This document shows, piece after piece, positions 48,287-57,911 of a DNA stretch of 64,000 nt. Position 1 is the stretch's first letter. Each line of letters opens with the position of its first letter. Origin of the DNA: a virus; IMG/VR virus record IMGVR_UViG_3300037247_001239, positions 1 to 64,000 of that record. The stretch is one strand, 5' to 3'. The notes below the pieces were generated by a model. The model was not told where the DNA came from. It saw nothing but the letters and a program-made list of their open reading frames with translations, and made no database searches. Position numbers and translations under genes: made by a program.

Positions 48287-49326
48287 CACAAAAACTCCGC
48301 ATGGGTCTTGGGCTGCACCGCGTCTTTCAGCTCCCGGTTGATATGATCCGCCCGACAGAACGGCACGCACTTCTGCACGTCGGTCCGCTCGATCAGGTCC
48401 TGCTTCTCCTGCGACTCCCAAATCTCTGCCAGAGGATGCTCCAGTACGTTGCCGATCTCCATCCCCGCCACGTCCCGGTAGTGGCAGCAGAGCGGCATCG
48501 AGCCGTCTGCCTGGACCACGCCCACGAAATGGGCCCCGTGGCAGAGCTTGTAGGGCCGCCGCCAGTTGGCAAAGTGCCGGTACTTCTGTTCGGAGGCCAG
48601 TACCTTGAACGTCTCCGTCTCGTATTGCCGGCAGACGGGCAGCACGTCGTCGATGTCCGTCTCGTCGTACAGGCAGGGCCGGAACTGGATGTAGTCGGCA
48701 CCCCTATTTCTGACCTCTTTTGTTGCACTGAGCATTCCGCGTTTTGTCTCGGCCGAGGTGAGGTACCCCACGCCAATCGTACAATCGGCATCGGCGGCCG
48801 TCTTGGAGGGACGCAACGCCCCTATCGCGTTCAGCGCTTCATCAAACCCGTCCACCCCATGTACCGCTTGGTACATCACCGAATCGCTAGCATCCAGACT
48901 TACCCGAATCCACTCACAAGCCCGGACCAGGGTTTTCATTTGCTGCACTTCCTGGAGGGCACGCTCAAGACCACGCAAGGGACCCGCCGTGCCTATCAAC
49001 GTCCCGTTCGTAATCAGCCCCACCCTCAGCCCCTGTTGGGCCGCAAACCCGCACAGTTCCGCACAATCCTCGTGCATCAACGGCTCGCCCCCGCCGGTGA
49101 ACATCACCCCCTGCACCCCGTACTCGGCCATCTCGACCAGGATGTGACGGGCGTCGTCGGCGTTCATCTCGCGCCCGGCCCGTCCGCCGATACACTGCGG
49201 ACACTTGTGGTTGCAGCGGTCGGTCAGGTCCAGTTCCATCGTCACCGGCGGCGGGACCTTGCCGTCGCGGTACGCCACGACCCGGTCGGCCCAGGCCCAG
49301 AGCTTGTTGGTTCCGAAGATGTTCAT
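48286..49326 (-). CDS. Radical SAM/SPASM (twitch) protein
   Basis: CNHKCPQC (CxxxCxxC), FTGGGEPL, TNG, RVSLD, C-terminal C...ADG...LCC....IGN. Confidence 0.9.
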   Translation of the reverse strand: MNIFGTNKLWAWADRVVAYRDGKVPPPVTMELDLTDRCNHKCPQCIGGRAGREMNADDARHILVEMAEYGVQGVMFTGGGEPLMHEDCAELCGFAAQQGLRVGLITNGTLIGTAGPLRGLERALQEVQQMKTLVRACEWIRVSLDASDSVMYQAVHGVDGFDEALNAIGALRPSKTAADADCTIGVGYLTSAETKRGMLSATKEVRNRGADYIQFRPCLYDETDIDDVLPVCRQYETETFKVLASEQKYRHFANWRRPYKLCHGAHFVGVVQADGSMPLCCHYRDVAGMEIGNVLEHPLAEIWESQEKQDLIERTDVQKCVPFCRADHINRELKDAVQPKTHAEFL

Positions 49327-49466
49327 CGCTTCTTCTTTTCTCGACTCTTTCTGGACTTCCTTACTACTGCGGTAGCCTTGGCCCCCGAGCCGGTCGACTC
49401 GTGGACGTGCTCCCACATTCTGTGTTCCTTCGCCGACAGTTTTTTACCGCCTAGTTTCTTGGGCAT
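49323..49466 (-). CDS. Small basic protein (47 aa, not in ORF track)
   Basis: MPKKLGGKKLSAKEHRMWEHVHESTGSGAKATAVVRKSRK...; SD GGAGG, ATGA coupling to the radical SAM gene. Confidence 0.5.
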   Translation of the reverse strand: MPKKLGGKKLSAKEHRMWEHVHESTGSGAKATAVVRKSRKSREKKKR

Positions 49467-50439
49467 CGTTTTGCCTCCGTATCCTGGCCTTCAACTCGGT
49501 CGAGTTGTAGCCCGGGGTGTACGGCACCTCGACCAGCTTCCCGCCCCAGTGTGGCAGGGCGTCTATCACGAGTTGCCGAGACGCCGCCTGAACACCTTCC
49601 CGCCAATCGTCGCCGTGTACCACGTAGGCCGGCTTGTGGGCCAAGAGGCTCCGGAGGTAGTCTCCCTGACACGTCACGTGGGCCACGCCCTTCAGTCCCG
49701 TGGCCACCGCCAGCCGTGCGGAATAGCCGAACGCCGGCTCTGGCTTGTATTTGCAAATTGCCTCGTCGGATAGCAGCCCTATCCAAACCTCCTTTGCGTC
49801 CAGCGAGGCAGCCACACTCAATACGTTCAGGTGTCCCGGATGCACCACGTCCAGACACATCGGCACGTAGGCGATGTCCTGTTTTGTCAAGAAGTGCGGC
49901 TTGTACGCTCGATGCTCGCACGGCTGATTGTACTCTGTGTCGGGAACTTCCCACTGGTCGTAAAGTTCGTGGAGGATGTACACATAATCGCTGGGTACAT
50001 TGAACAGCCTGCCGTATAGCACCCCCGGCCGCCATGCGCCAAACGCCTCGGCGGCAAGCACGATACAAAACGGATCGGGGCTGCCGTGGGTAGGGTTGTA
50101 GCGGTACGGCCCGAGCTTGGTAAACGCCGTCAGGTCGCCGTGTTCGCCGTACCCCTTGAACTTCACCGCGTAGGGCCGCCCGTCCCAGTAGCCGGCGTGG
50201 CGGTGGTCGATCACCTCGGTCTGGATCCCCCGCCGCTGTATGGCCTTGACAATCGCCTCGACGGCCGGCTCGAACTCCTCGGCCCTCGCCCAGAGGTCGA
50301 TGTCGCGGTCGATTGCAATGAACTTGTCCTCACGGGTCCAGCCCAACAGCGTGCCGGCCCCCAAGCAGAACGGCAGCCTAACATCCTTCAGGGCATCGGC
50401 CACATGGAACAGCAGCTTGCAGGCGTTGTGTTCGTTCAT
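49444..50439 (-). CDS. LicD-family nucleotidyl/phosphotransferase fused to a cytidylyltransferase
   Basis: N-terminal GTLLG..RE..FI..D.DID (LicD); C-terminal DVVHPGH, GLLSDEAI..YK, VVHGDDW, PYTPG.NST (HxGH CTP transferase). Confidence 0.85.
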   Translation of the reverse strand: MNEHNACKLLFHVADALKDVRLPFCLGAGTLLGWTREDKFIAIDRDIDLWARAEEFEPAVEAIVKAIQRRGIQTEVIDHRHAGYWDGRPYAVKFKGYGEHGDLTAFTKLGPYRYNPTHGSPDPFCIVLAAEAFGAWRPGVLYGRLFNVPSDYVYILHELYDQWEVPDTEYNQPCEHRAYKPHFLTKQDIAYVPMCLDVVHPGHLNVLSVAASLDAKEVWIGLLSDEAICKYKPEPAFGYSARLAVATGLKGVAHVTCQGDYLRSLLAHKPAYVVHGDDWREGVQAASRQLVIDALPHWGGKLVEVPYTPGYNSTELKARIRRQNDAQETRR

Positions 50440-51785
50440 CCGGTTGCGCTCACGGTCTGTTGTCGAAACGCGAGATTGCCAATACACCCCCGGCAGCAAT
50501 CATGTCGAGTCCTAGGGAACCCGGCCAGCAACTCCAGGTATCCCACCTGTAGACGGCAGTGGCTCTCGGGATACCGGGCCAGATCCAGGCCAAACTCATT
50601 CGCCACCGTGACCAGCATTGCGCAGCCGTAGACGCGGTCGCCCAGCAACGCCGGACCCTCGCACCCGCATCGGGCCGGCAGCACCTCGCTGCCGGCCAGT
50701 TCACGGGGGATCAGGTAGTGCCGCCGCCGGGGCGCCACCTCGACCTTGGCCCCGTACCGTTCTTGCAGCCGCCGAATGGCCCGGTTGTTGTCGCCATAGT
50801 ACGAAATCCGCAACGTCGACAGCGATTCCATCAACCCATCGGTCACCCGGTCGACGGGATCCCCATTCGTAAACAGGTTCACCTGGTCGCCCAGTCCCGA
50901 CTCCCGCAACAGCCGGGCTCCCTCCTCGACGTGCGGCCACAGCAGCGGTTCGCCACCGGTGAGGATCAGCGAGCGGTAGGGCGGATAGCCAGACGCCTTG
51001 GTGAGCTGGATCCATTCCACAAGGTCGTTCAGCGATAGTTCGTAGTCGGGGGCCCACCGGCGAAACCCCCGCTGCGAACACTCGGGGCAGTCCCGCGTGC
51101 AACGGGCGGTGGTGAAGAAATTGAAATGATTGTTCTGGTGGTCCAGCACGGGCAGCCTATTCGTGAGATAGTTCTTCGGCGGCTGCATCCGGCCAATCCG
51201 CAGATTCTCCAGGTTGCCCCCGAGGATCCGCTGGTCGCGCGGCGGATGATCAACGTGCATCAAGGGAAACTGCCGCAACTCCACGGTCTCGATCCCACGC
51301 TCCCTCCGCCGCAACGCTAGGATGTCGTCCTCGCCGCCGTGGCCGGTCAGCCGCTCGTCCCAACCGCCCACCCGCAACCAGTCGGCCGCGGTCATGGCCA
51401 CCCAGCTACCGGTCCCGTCCTCTCGGATTGGCAGCCCCAGCCACCCTTTCCAGTCCAGCTCGCCGGCCCTCTCCGCAGGCAGGTTGCGACACTTGGCCCA
51501 CACGGCCGTGCCGTCCGCAACCGTGCGCCGCGTATGCTCGACCAGTCCCGGGGGCACCAGCATATCTACGTCGGTGCAGACGATCGCCCGGGAGGAAGAC
51601 AGGGCCGCAAGAATCCCGTCGTTGCGGGCCTTGGCTCGGCTGAACTCGTCTAGTTTAATTGCCATGTGGAGATTGATTAGTTCGTAGCCAAGTGTTTTTT
51701 GCAGCGTGGCCTTGAAGCGATCCCGGACTTCGTCGGAGATCCCCACGGCAGCAACCACGATTCCCAACGGGCGGTTATCCATCAT
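50436..51785 (-). CDS. Glycosyltransferase - radical SAM fusion
   Basis: FSRAKARN, TDVDML, GGWDERL.G.GGEDD (GT) then CTRDCPEC, LTGGEPLL, FTNG (radical SAM). Confidence 0.85.
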   Translation of the reverse strand: MMDNRPLGIVVAAVGISDEVRDRFKATLQKTLGYELINLHMAIKLDEFSRAKARNDGILAALSSSRAIVCTDVDMLVPPGLVEHTRRTVADGTAVWAKCRNLPAERAGELDWKGWLGLPIREDGTGSWVAMTAADWLRVGGWDERLTGHGGEDDILALRRRERGIETVELRQFPLMHVDHPPRDQRILGGNLENLRIGRMQPPKNYLTNRLPVLDHQNNHFNFFTTARCTRDCPECSQRGFRRWAPDYELSLNDLVEWIQLTKASGYPPYRSLILTGGEPLLWPHVEEGARLLRESGLGDQVNLFTNGDPVDRVTDGLMESLSTLRISYYGDNNRAIRRLQERYGAKVEVAPRRRHYLIPRELAGSEVLPARCGCEGPALLGDRVYGCAMLVTVANEFGLDLARYPESHCRLQVGYLELLAGFPRTRHDCCRGCIGNLAFRQQTVSATG

Positions 51786-52465
51786 AGATGGTGCTTTCGT
51801 CTAATGTACGCACTGCTGGCCGGGCCGTAATCCTGCGCGCTGATCCCCCGGTCAAGGTAATGGGCGTCGAATAGAACATCGTCCACCAGCACGCCCCGCC
51901 AGTCAGCCTCAAGCATTGTCAGCCAGCAGTCCCAGTCGATGAAACTCCTGAGATGCTCGTCCCAGCCGCGAAACGCAGGGGCACGCATCAGGCTCATCAC
52001 GCTGATACTGTTGCGACCCCTGAGATGTTTCCAGGTAAACGGTTCTGCCACGATGATCTTGCCGTCCGGTACCTTGCATTCGCCGCCCGCGTGGACGACC
52101 CGGTAGTGCCCGTAGGCCACGCCCACCGTGAGGTCCTCCTTGATAGCCTGATACAAACGCCGCAAAGCATCCTGGTGCAAAACAACATCATCGTCGCAGA
52201 AGAACAGGAAGGGTTGCGTGGCCTTCCGCCAGCCTCGGTTGCGTTTCTCCGACGCGCCCCCCGGCCCCAGCTCGATAATGATCTCCGCCGGCCTGTTCTC
52301 CACGATCGCCCGTATCACCGGCAAACAGAAGAAGTCTTGCCTCGACTCCTGGAGGGTCACGATCACGCTGATCGGCAAGGTTTCAGATTCGTTTTTCAGA
52401 CACACCGTACTTCTCTTTCTGCACGTAGGGAAGATCATGACCACGAAAGCCCTCGATTTGCTCAC
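51782..52465 (-). CDS. GT2 glycosyltransferase (true start probably near 52380)
   Basis: GASEKRNRG, FFCDDDV, GWDE.L..F.DWD.WL. Confidence 0.85.
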   Translation of the reverse strand: MSKSRAFVVMIFPTCRKRSTVCLKNESETLPISVIVTLQESRQDFFCLPVIRAIVENRPAEIIIELGPGGASEKRNRGWRKATQPFLFFCDDDVVLHQDALRRLYQAIKEDLTVGVAYGHYRVVHAGGECKVPDGKIIVAEPFTWKHLRGRNSISVMSLMRAPAFRGWDEHLRSFIDWDCWLTMLEADWRGVLVDDVLFDAHYLDRGISAQDYGPASSAYIRRKHHL

Positions 52466-53045
52466 AGGTAAGCGACGTAATCTTCATCGCAGGTTTGCCG
52501 ATGGCCGCAATCAGGTACCCGTCGCCGGTGACCTTCGGAGCGAATTGCCTGAACACGCTGCTGCGGCACACGTAACAGGCATGTACCGTGGACACCCTTC
52601 CGGCACGGCACGCACAGGGGAAGTCGCGTTCGTTGGACACACGGAGCGAGGCGCCCACACCAACTCGTTTGAGCATTACCGCCGCCGCGTCGGTCTCTTC
52701 CAGTAACGCAACCATACTGCCCAGCCATCCCCAAGGCACCAGGATGTCGTTGTCGTGCTTCACGATGTACTCCGAGTCGTCGGCGATATGTTCCAGCGCT
52801 GCCAGCATCCCGCCGAAGTCGCCGGTGTTCTCCGGCAAGTGGATCGCGCGGACCCGGCTGTACCACTTGCTCGGCATTGCGGCGATCCAGTCCAGCCACT
52901 CACGGGTCCCGTCGGTCGACGCCTGGTTGATGACCAGGTGCTCGTAGTCGGGGTAGTGCGTGTTGTTGCGTATGGCCGCCACCGTCTGGACGGTGTACTC
53001 CAAGCGGTTGCGAGCCCGGGTCACGATGCTTACTTTGCCGTTCAT
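52383..53045 (-). CDS. GT2 glycosyltransferase
   Basis: VSIV...RNRLEYT, NQASTDGT.EWL, KHDNDILV. Confidence 0.85.
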   Translation of the reverse strand: MNGKVSIVTRARNRLEYTVQTVAAIRNNTHYPDYEHLVINQASTDGTREWLDWIAAMPSKWYSRVRAIHLPENTGDFGGMLAALEHIADDSEYIVKHDNDILVPWGWLGSMVALLEETDAAAVMLKRVGVGASLRVSNERDFPCACRAGRVSTVHACYVCRSSVFRQFAPKVTGDGYLIAAIGKPAMKITSLTCEQIEGFRGHDLPYVQKEKYGVSEKRI

Positions 53046-53764
53046 GCAGAAGCCACCTCGTCCCAGTCAATCAATGGGCTCAACCACTGCGCCTCGCAGT
53101 GCGTGGCGTAGGCGGGTACGGCCGAGCCGATGGTAGCTCCCAGCCTGCACAACTCTCGGAATATATCGAAATCCGGGGGCACGATTTCCCCCTTGCTCAT
53201 CTCGTAGAACACCCCCGCGTCCTTCCGCAGCGTCCCCAGCCGGCACGCAAACGTCATGGTGGTGGAGTTGGTCAGCTTGAAGTGACAGCGTGGCCCCAGG
53301 TAGAGTCGCGTGTTCTCCGCCCTGAAGGCGACCAACGGGTTGGGGCCGCCATCGAGATACTTGTCCGGATGGTCGTAGAGTGTGAGGTAGTGAAAGTCCA
53401 GGGCCATCCCCTCGTGGATCACCTCCGCCGCGCCCGGCCGGTGCAGGTAGTCGTCCTCTACCAGGTAGACGATCTCGTCGTCGGAGGCGTCGAGGCTGAG
53501 GGTGTAGTCCAGTGCCCGCAAAAACGCCTCGGCGCCGTTGGCGGCCTGGATGGGGCAGAGGTGAGCGGGTTCGTGCGGGCAAAGAACCGTAAGAAAGGCG
53601 TCAAATTGGACAGGGGTACCAAAACCATGGGCAACGAAATGGAGGCTGGCCTTGCTGCCAAGCACCTTGACGCAGCTAGCCAAGCACTCTTTCTTAGAAA
53701 ACCACCCTGGCCGCGGCTTGCCCGTATCCTTCTCGGGAGAGATCCGGTACACAATCTGCATCAC
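53042..53764 (-). CDS. GT-A fold glycosyltransferase-like protein
   Basis: IVYLVEDDYLH, TLYDHPDKY, STTMTFA, ATHCE..WLSP. Confidence 0.7.
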   Translation of the reverse strand: MMQIVYRISPEKDTGKPRPGWFSKKECLASCVKVLGSKASLHFVAHGFGTPVQFDAFLTVLCPHEPAHLCPIQAANGAEAFLRALDYTLSLDASDDEIVYLVEDDYLHRPGAAEVIHEGMALDFHYLTLYDHPDKYLDGGPNPLVAFRAENTRLYLGPRCHFKLTNSTTMTFACRLGTLRKDAGVFYEMSKGEIVPPDFDIFRELCRLGATIGSAVPAYATHCEAQWLSPLIDWDEVASA

Positions 53765-54027
53765 ATCACCTCCAATTCCCTGAGTTTCTGGAGCAACCCC
53801 GGGGGCGGCGGTCCCTCATTGAAGTTGCAGGTCCCGTCGTCGCCGCGAATCAGCCGCAACGTGAAGTCGTACGCACGGGCCGCCTCTTCCGGGCTATCGA
53901 AGTAACCCAGGTTCAGATGGCGATCGCCACCCCAGCGGATCTTGGCCCTCCACCGCCGGTTGGTGCAGTGCCAGGAAACTCCGCGATAATGTGGTGCATC
54001 GCTGGGCGGCTGATGCTTCTTCGTCAC
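53761..54027 (-). CDS. AP2-domain DNA-binding protein
   Basis: YRGVSW....RRWRAKI......LGYFDSPEEAARAYD.......G.....NF; probable GTG start. Confidence 0.8.
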   Translation of the reverse strand: MTKKHQPPSDAPHYRGVSWHCTNRRWRAKIRWGGDRHLNLGYFDSPEEAARAYDFTLRLIRGDDGTCNFNEGPPPPGLLQKLRELEVM

Positions 54028-54234
54028 GTCAGGTTCTCCGCAAAACGTCCTCCGACCCGCTCCCGCGCGCCATGGTGGTCTCGGCCGAGCGGGCCGCCTT
54101 CCCCAACGTAGCCTCGGTGGTGGCAACGCGACGGATCGTGGTGGGGAGGGTGACTGGGGGCGCCACGCCCAAGCCAGTCCACGTCCCACTGGCAAAGGTA
54201 TCGCTCGCAAACGTGTTGCTGGCGAAGCTGTTTT

Positions 54235-57117
54235 TCATCCGTAGCTCACCCCAGTCCGATCTCCATCTTCTGTCACGGTCACAGTAACCCGTGTAGTACT
54301 TCCGTCGACCCCCTTGAAGACCTCCGTTCCCGTCCCGGCCCCCGAGACCTTGCCCGCACACGCCGCCGCGATAATCCGCAATGCCGCCTGGATCGACTTG
54401 CCGTCGATGGGCGTGTCGGTCTGGAGCACATCGACCATCTCGGTATTGACCTGGGCGGGCGTGGCCAGCAAGGCGTGGGCCGTATCCATTTCCGCCTTCG
54501 TGGGCCCATCATAGTCTGACAATGCTGCGTCAGCCTCAGCGTTGATGTTCGTGAGGTTGATCGCCGCATCCTGCGTCAGGCTCGTTGTCGTGCCGTTGTC
54601 GGTGATCGAGCAGTTGCCCCGGACGACTACTGTCAGGCTCGTACAGGTCGCGTCTATGATAAGCTGCCCATCTGTTTCAATCGATATAATGGTCGTGGCA
54701 ACAGCATTGTTGATCTGAACCCCCCCCGAACCGTGCCGCATATACAGGTCTATATCTGCAACACTATTGATGTTCACGATGGGTGTGCCGCTGCCAGCAA
54801 CGGCAGACGACCAATAATCGAAGTGGCAATCCGCACGGATTGTCAAAGTTCCAGCGGCAAGAAGACAGCTTACCGATGTAACTTCCAATCCCGTAATTGC
54901 AGAGAGAACACAGCATTCGGCTTGGAACCGCCCCGTCCCGCCTTGGGCACCTGTAATCAGCACGTGCCTGAAGTGGCTGTTATCCACATCCTGAGAGCCA
55001 AGATTGACCGAGTTCGCCATCATTTCGCCAATACCGATGAATTCATAGTCCTCCATCGTCGCGGTGAGGGTGACAGACGAATTGTTGACAAGGTAGATGC
55101 GGTCTACGCCAAGACTGTCCGCGATAGTCTTTGCTGCGGCAATCGTCGATACCTTGTTCGCCCAAGTGCCATCGGTCCCGTTCACCGTGTTCGTGTTCGC
55201 TGCGGCGTCGTCAAGATAGACACCGGGACCGTAGGGACCCGCGTAGGCTGAGCCAAAAGTTCCTACTAAAGTTGCTGCGATATCAGCACCCTTCCATGCA
55301 CCATCTGTGTTGACAGTAGGACTTCCGGTTAGGTTGTTGACAATACTCTTGTAAGACCCTCTGATCTCAACGCTAGCGTCTGCACCGTTCAGCGTCACTG
55401 TCCCGAGACGACCATTGATGGTAATTGTATCACCAGACTGCAATCCAGAGACCGTAATACTGTCCATCCAGTTGCGCCATTCAGCGGTGATAGCCTGACC
55501 AGCGGTCTTTGTGAAAGTCGGGGCACCAGCTCCCGCAACGTTGCTATAGCAATTATGGTATTCATAGTCACCCGCAAGAGTTTGAGTGACAGTACCGCTG
55601 AACGCACAGAAATCAAAGTGCCCAATCTGAACCGACATTGTGCCGACATCGCAACCCTCATAATGGACTTCCGTTGCTGATGTCCCAACTCCTGTTACAT
55701 GAGCACCCTGGAAATAAGCCCCGTTTACATCCTGACCGCCGAGCGCAAGCGTCCAGTTGTCGCCAAAGTACGATTCATTGACCGTACTTTCTGCCAAAGT
55801 GAACGAGGAACCGTTGATGATGTGGAAATCCATCAAATTAACGGCAGAATTACCTGAAAGCGTCTTTGCATCGGCCAAGGTTAGCACTGCCTTGTCAGCT
55901 ACACCATTAACAAAAGGCTCTGTTCCTGCCACACCATTAACGGTATTCACCCAAACCCGTCCATTGGCGTATCCAACTGACTGGCCGATGTTCACCGCCT
56001 TTACCAACACCTTATCGACGCTCAGGTTAGAAGGTGTTGTGGTGTCGGTCTCGAAGCGGATGTAAACCTTACCTAACTCTGTTCCTGTTCCCGTATGTTT
56101 AAGCAATAGAGGTAGATCAAGGGCCTTGAATGTTGACCCTCCAGACCCTTCCACCGTGCCTATAATCTCCCAATCTGAACCAACGTGATCGAATGCCTTA
56201 ACCTTAATTTCATCAGCATTTCCGCTTACATTGGCAAGTATTGAAACCTCACTGGCCGTACGACCACCACCTACCGAAGCCCCGTAAACAATGTCTATGT
56301 CGTTGGGGCCGGCATCGTCGATGTCATGCACCACGCCATCCGCCGCTTCAAGATTTGCAAAGGTAGTAGCACCCTGCACCGAACCCACGAACACTTCGCC
56401 CTTGATCGACGATACAATAGTCTCCGATCCTGTAAACGTCTCGGACACAAAAGTATCTGTGATGACAACCTCATTCACTGTCTGGCTGATGATCGCGAAG
56501 GCACCGTTGTAATTCACGGTACCCGCGATCGTTACCTCACGGCCCGCAATAAATGCATGGCCTGTGACCGGAATACCGACCAGACCGCCGCCCTTATCTA
56601 CCGCAGCGGCATTGTCGATAGTGTCCGTTGTTGTATTGTCCTCGGATATGTTGATATTTACCGAGCCGCCTGACGCCGCGCCGATATTGTCAACTTGTGA
56701 CTGCGTAGCCGGCATTTGGCTGCTCTCCGTTGCATCGACGAGGATGTCGTTCAGTGCCGAGTTACGGAATCCAATCACCGGTCCGATCCACGGCAAAATG
56801 CCGGTCGCGAATCCCGAGAACCATCCGAAACCCTCCGCATCGTTGTTGATCGAACCCCCGCCCGATGCGGGAATCTCAATCGAGTACATCCCATTGCCCT
56901 TATTTGTCCAATCGTACACTCCGGCAGTCGTCGGCGTTACGGCGGTCTGTGTGTAGGCTCCAGCAGTTGTGACGAAGTTCCAAACTAGGTCCATGCCTGC
57001 CTGGTCATAGGTTACGGACTCCTCCCGCGTCTTGAAATCTGTGTCGTCAATTAACGCGACGATATTCACCGGTACTGCCGCTAGGGCTGCATCAACGTCC
57101 ATCCATATCGCAGGCAT
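54235..57117 (-). CDS. Large tail fibre/spike-like protein with a duplicated beta-helix-like module
   Basis: 960 aa, Gly/Thr/Asn-rich; two similar internal modules; TAATG-coupled to the LamG-like gene. Confidence 0.6.
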   Translation of the reverse strand: MPAIWMDVDAALAAVPVNIVALIDDTDFKTREESVTYDQAGMDLVWNFVTTAGAYTQTAVTPTTAGVYDWTNKGNGMYSIEIPASGGGSINNDAEGFGWFSGFATGILPWIGPVIGFRNSALNDILVDATESSQMPATQSQVDNIGAASGGSVNINISEDNTTTDTIDNAAAVDKGGGLVGIPVTGHAFIAGREVTIAGTVNYNGAFAIISQTVNEVVITDTFVSETFTGSETIVSSIKGEVFVGSVQGATTFANLEAADGVVHDIDDAGPNDIDIVYGASVGGGRTASEVSILANVSGNADEIKVKAFDHVGSDWEIIGTVEGSGGSTFKALDLPLLLKHTGTGTELGKVYIRFETDTTTPSNLSVDKVLVKAVNIGQSVGYANGRVWVNTVNGVAGTEPFVNGVADKAVLTLADAKTLSGNSAVNLMDFHIINGSSFTLAESTVNESYFGDNWTLALGGQDVNGAYFQGAHVTGVGTSATEVHYEGCDVGTMSVQIGHFDFCAFSGTVTQTLAGDYEYHNCYSNVAGAGAPTFTKTAGQAITAEWRNWMDSITVSGLQSGDTITINGRLGTVTLNGADASVEIRGSYKSIVNNLTGSPTVNTDGAWKGADIAATLVGTFGSAYAGPYGPGVYLDDAAANTNTVNGTDGTWANKVSTIAAAKTIADSLGVDRIYLVNNSSVTLTATMEDYEFIGIGEMMANSVNLGSQDVDNSHFRHVLITGAQGGTGRFQAECCVLSAITGLEVTSVSCLLAAGTLTIRADCHFDYWSSAVAGSGTPIVNINSVADIDLYMRHGSGGVQINNAVATTIISIETDGQLIIDATCTSLTVVVRGNCSITDNGTTTSLTQDAAINLTNINAEADAALSDYDGPTKAEMDTAHALLATPAQVNTEMVDVLQTDTPIDGKSIQAALRIIAAACAGKVSGAGTGTEVFKGVDGSTTRVTVTVTEDGDRTGVSYG

Positions 57118-57911
57118 TAGACGGCCCCCGCTACTTGTTGCTGGTAGTAATACCAAGGATTGCCTACCGCCGGAGCCGCCGCTGCCGGATACACCTGGCT
57201 GCGGAGACGGGGAATGGCGGAGGGGTCGGCGACGTAAATGCCAATTTCGCTGGATGTAAGAGCACGGTTGTAGAAGTATAGTCCGTTGATCGTTATCCAA
57301 TCCGGTGCAAAAAAGTTGGAGACGCCAATCTTATTGATGTTTGCCCAATCAAACGTCTGAGCCGACACCTTTTCTGGCGACTGCCATACCCCATCGATGT
57401 ACAGATTGTATGCCGTACCCTTCTTCGTTACTGCCCAAACACGACTGCCGGAGATCAAGTCATCGCCAACAGTCCAAGTATGAGAACTACCGTCGTCGAA
57501 ACCGACAATCACAGTACCATTTGATCTGATTTGCAGAAGGCTGTTGGATACTTCACCCGTAGCTTTCCCCAGAAACGTGAACCTCCTGGTCCCGGTCAAG
57601 TCGGGATTGGAGTCTGCTACAGCAACGACCGTCCAATCGCCGGGATCAGCCATTGCCGTAATCAGTGTGTGGTCCGTTTCTGTGTGTTTTAGTCCCCATC
57701 CAAACCGACTCGCCATCCAAGCCGTCGCCGGGTCCATGTTGGTCAGCGTGCCATGGTTGCCGTAACCGCTCCAATCCCGCAGCGTCAACCCCGTCGGCCC
57801 CAAAGTCGGAGCCCACAGGCCCTTGAGTCCGGTCCAGAGATTGGGATTCTCAGACTCGGCAGCGTTGCGAGCGAAGCCCTGTTTGTACGATGGGATTAAG
57901 AGACTGGACAC
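57117..57911 (-). CDS. LamG/concanavalin-A-like virion protein
   Basis: GLWAP..G..G..L.DWSGYGNHGTL, LYIDG, FYNRALTSSEI. Confidence 0.75.
   Translation of the reverse strand: MSSLLIPSYKQGFARNAAESENPNLWTGLKGLWAPTLGPTGLTLRDWSGYGNHGTLTNMDPATAWMASRFGWGLKHTETDHTLITAMADPGDWTVVAVADSNPDLTGTRRFTFLGKATGEVSNSLLQIRSNGTVIVGFDDGSSHTWTVGDDLISGSRVWAVTKKGTAYNLYIDGVWQSPEKVSAQTFDWANINKIGVSNFFAPDWITINGLYFYNRALTSSEIGIYVADPSAIPRLRSQVYPAAAAPAVGNPWYYYQQQVAGAV

Noticed and set aside
39327-49773. Long plus-strand ORFs (39327-40664, 40883-42529, 44251-45972, 48301-49773)
   Set aside because: Antisense shadows of GC-rich portal, terminase, capsid and radical SAM genes, with no motifs
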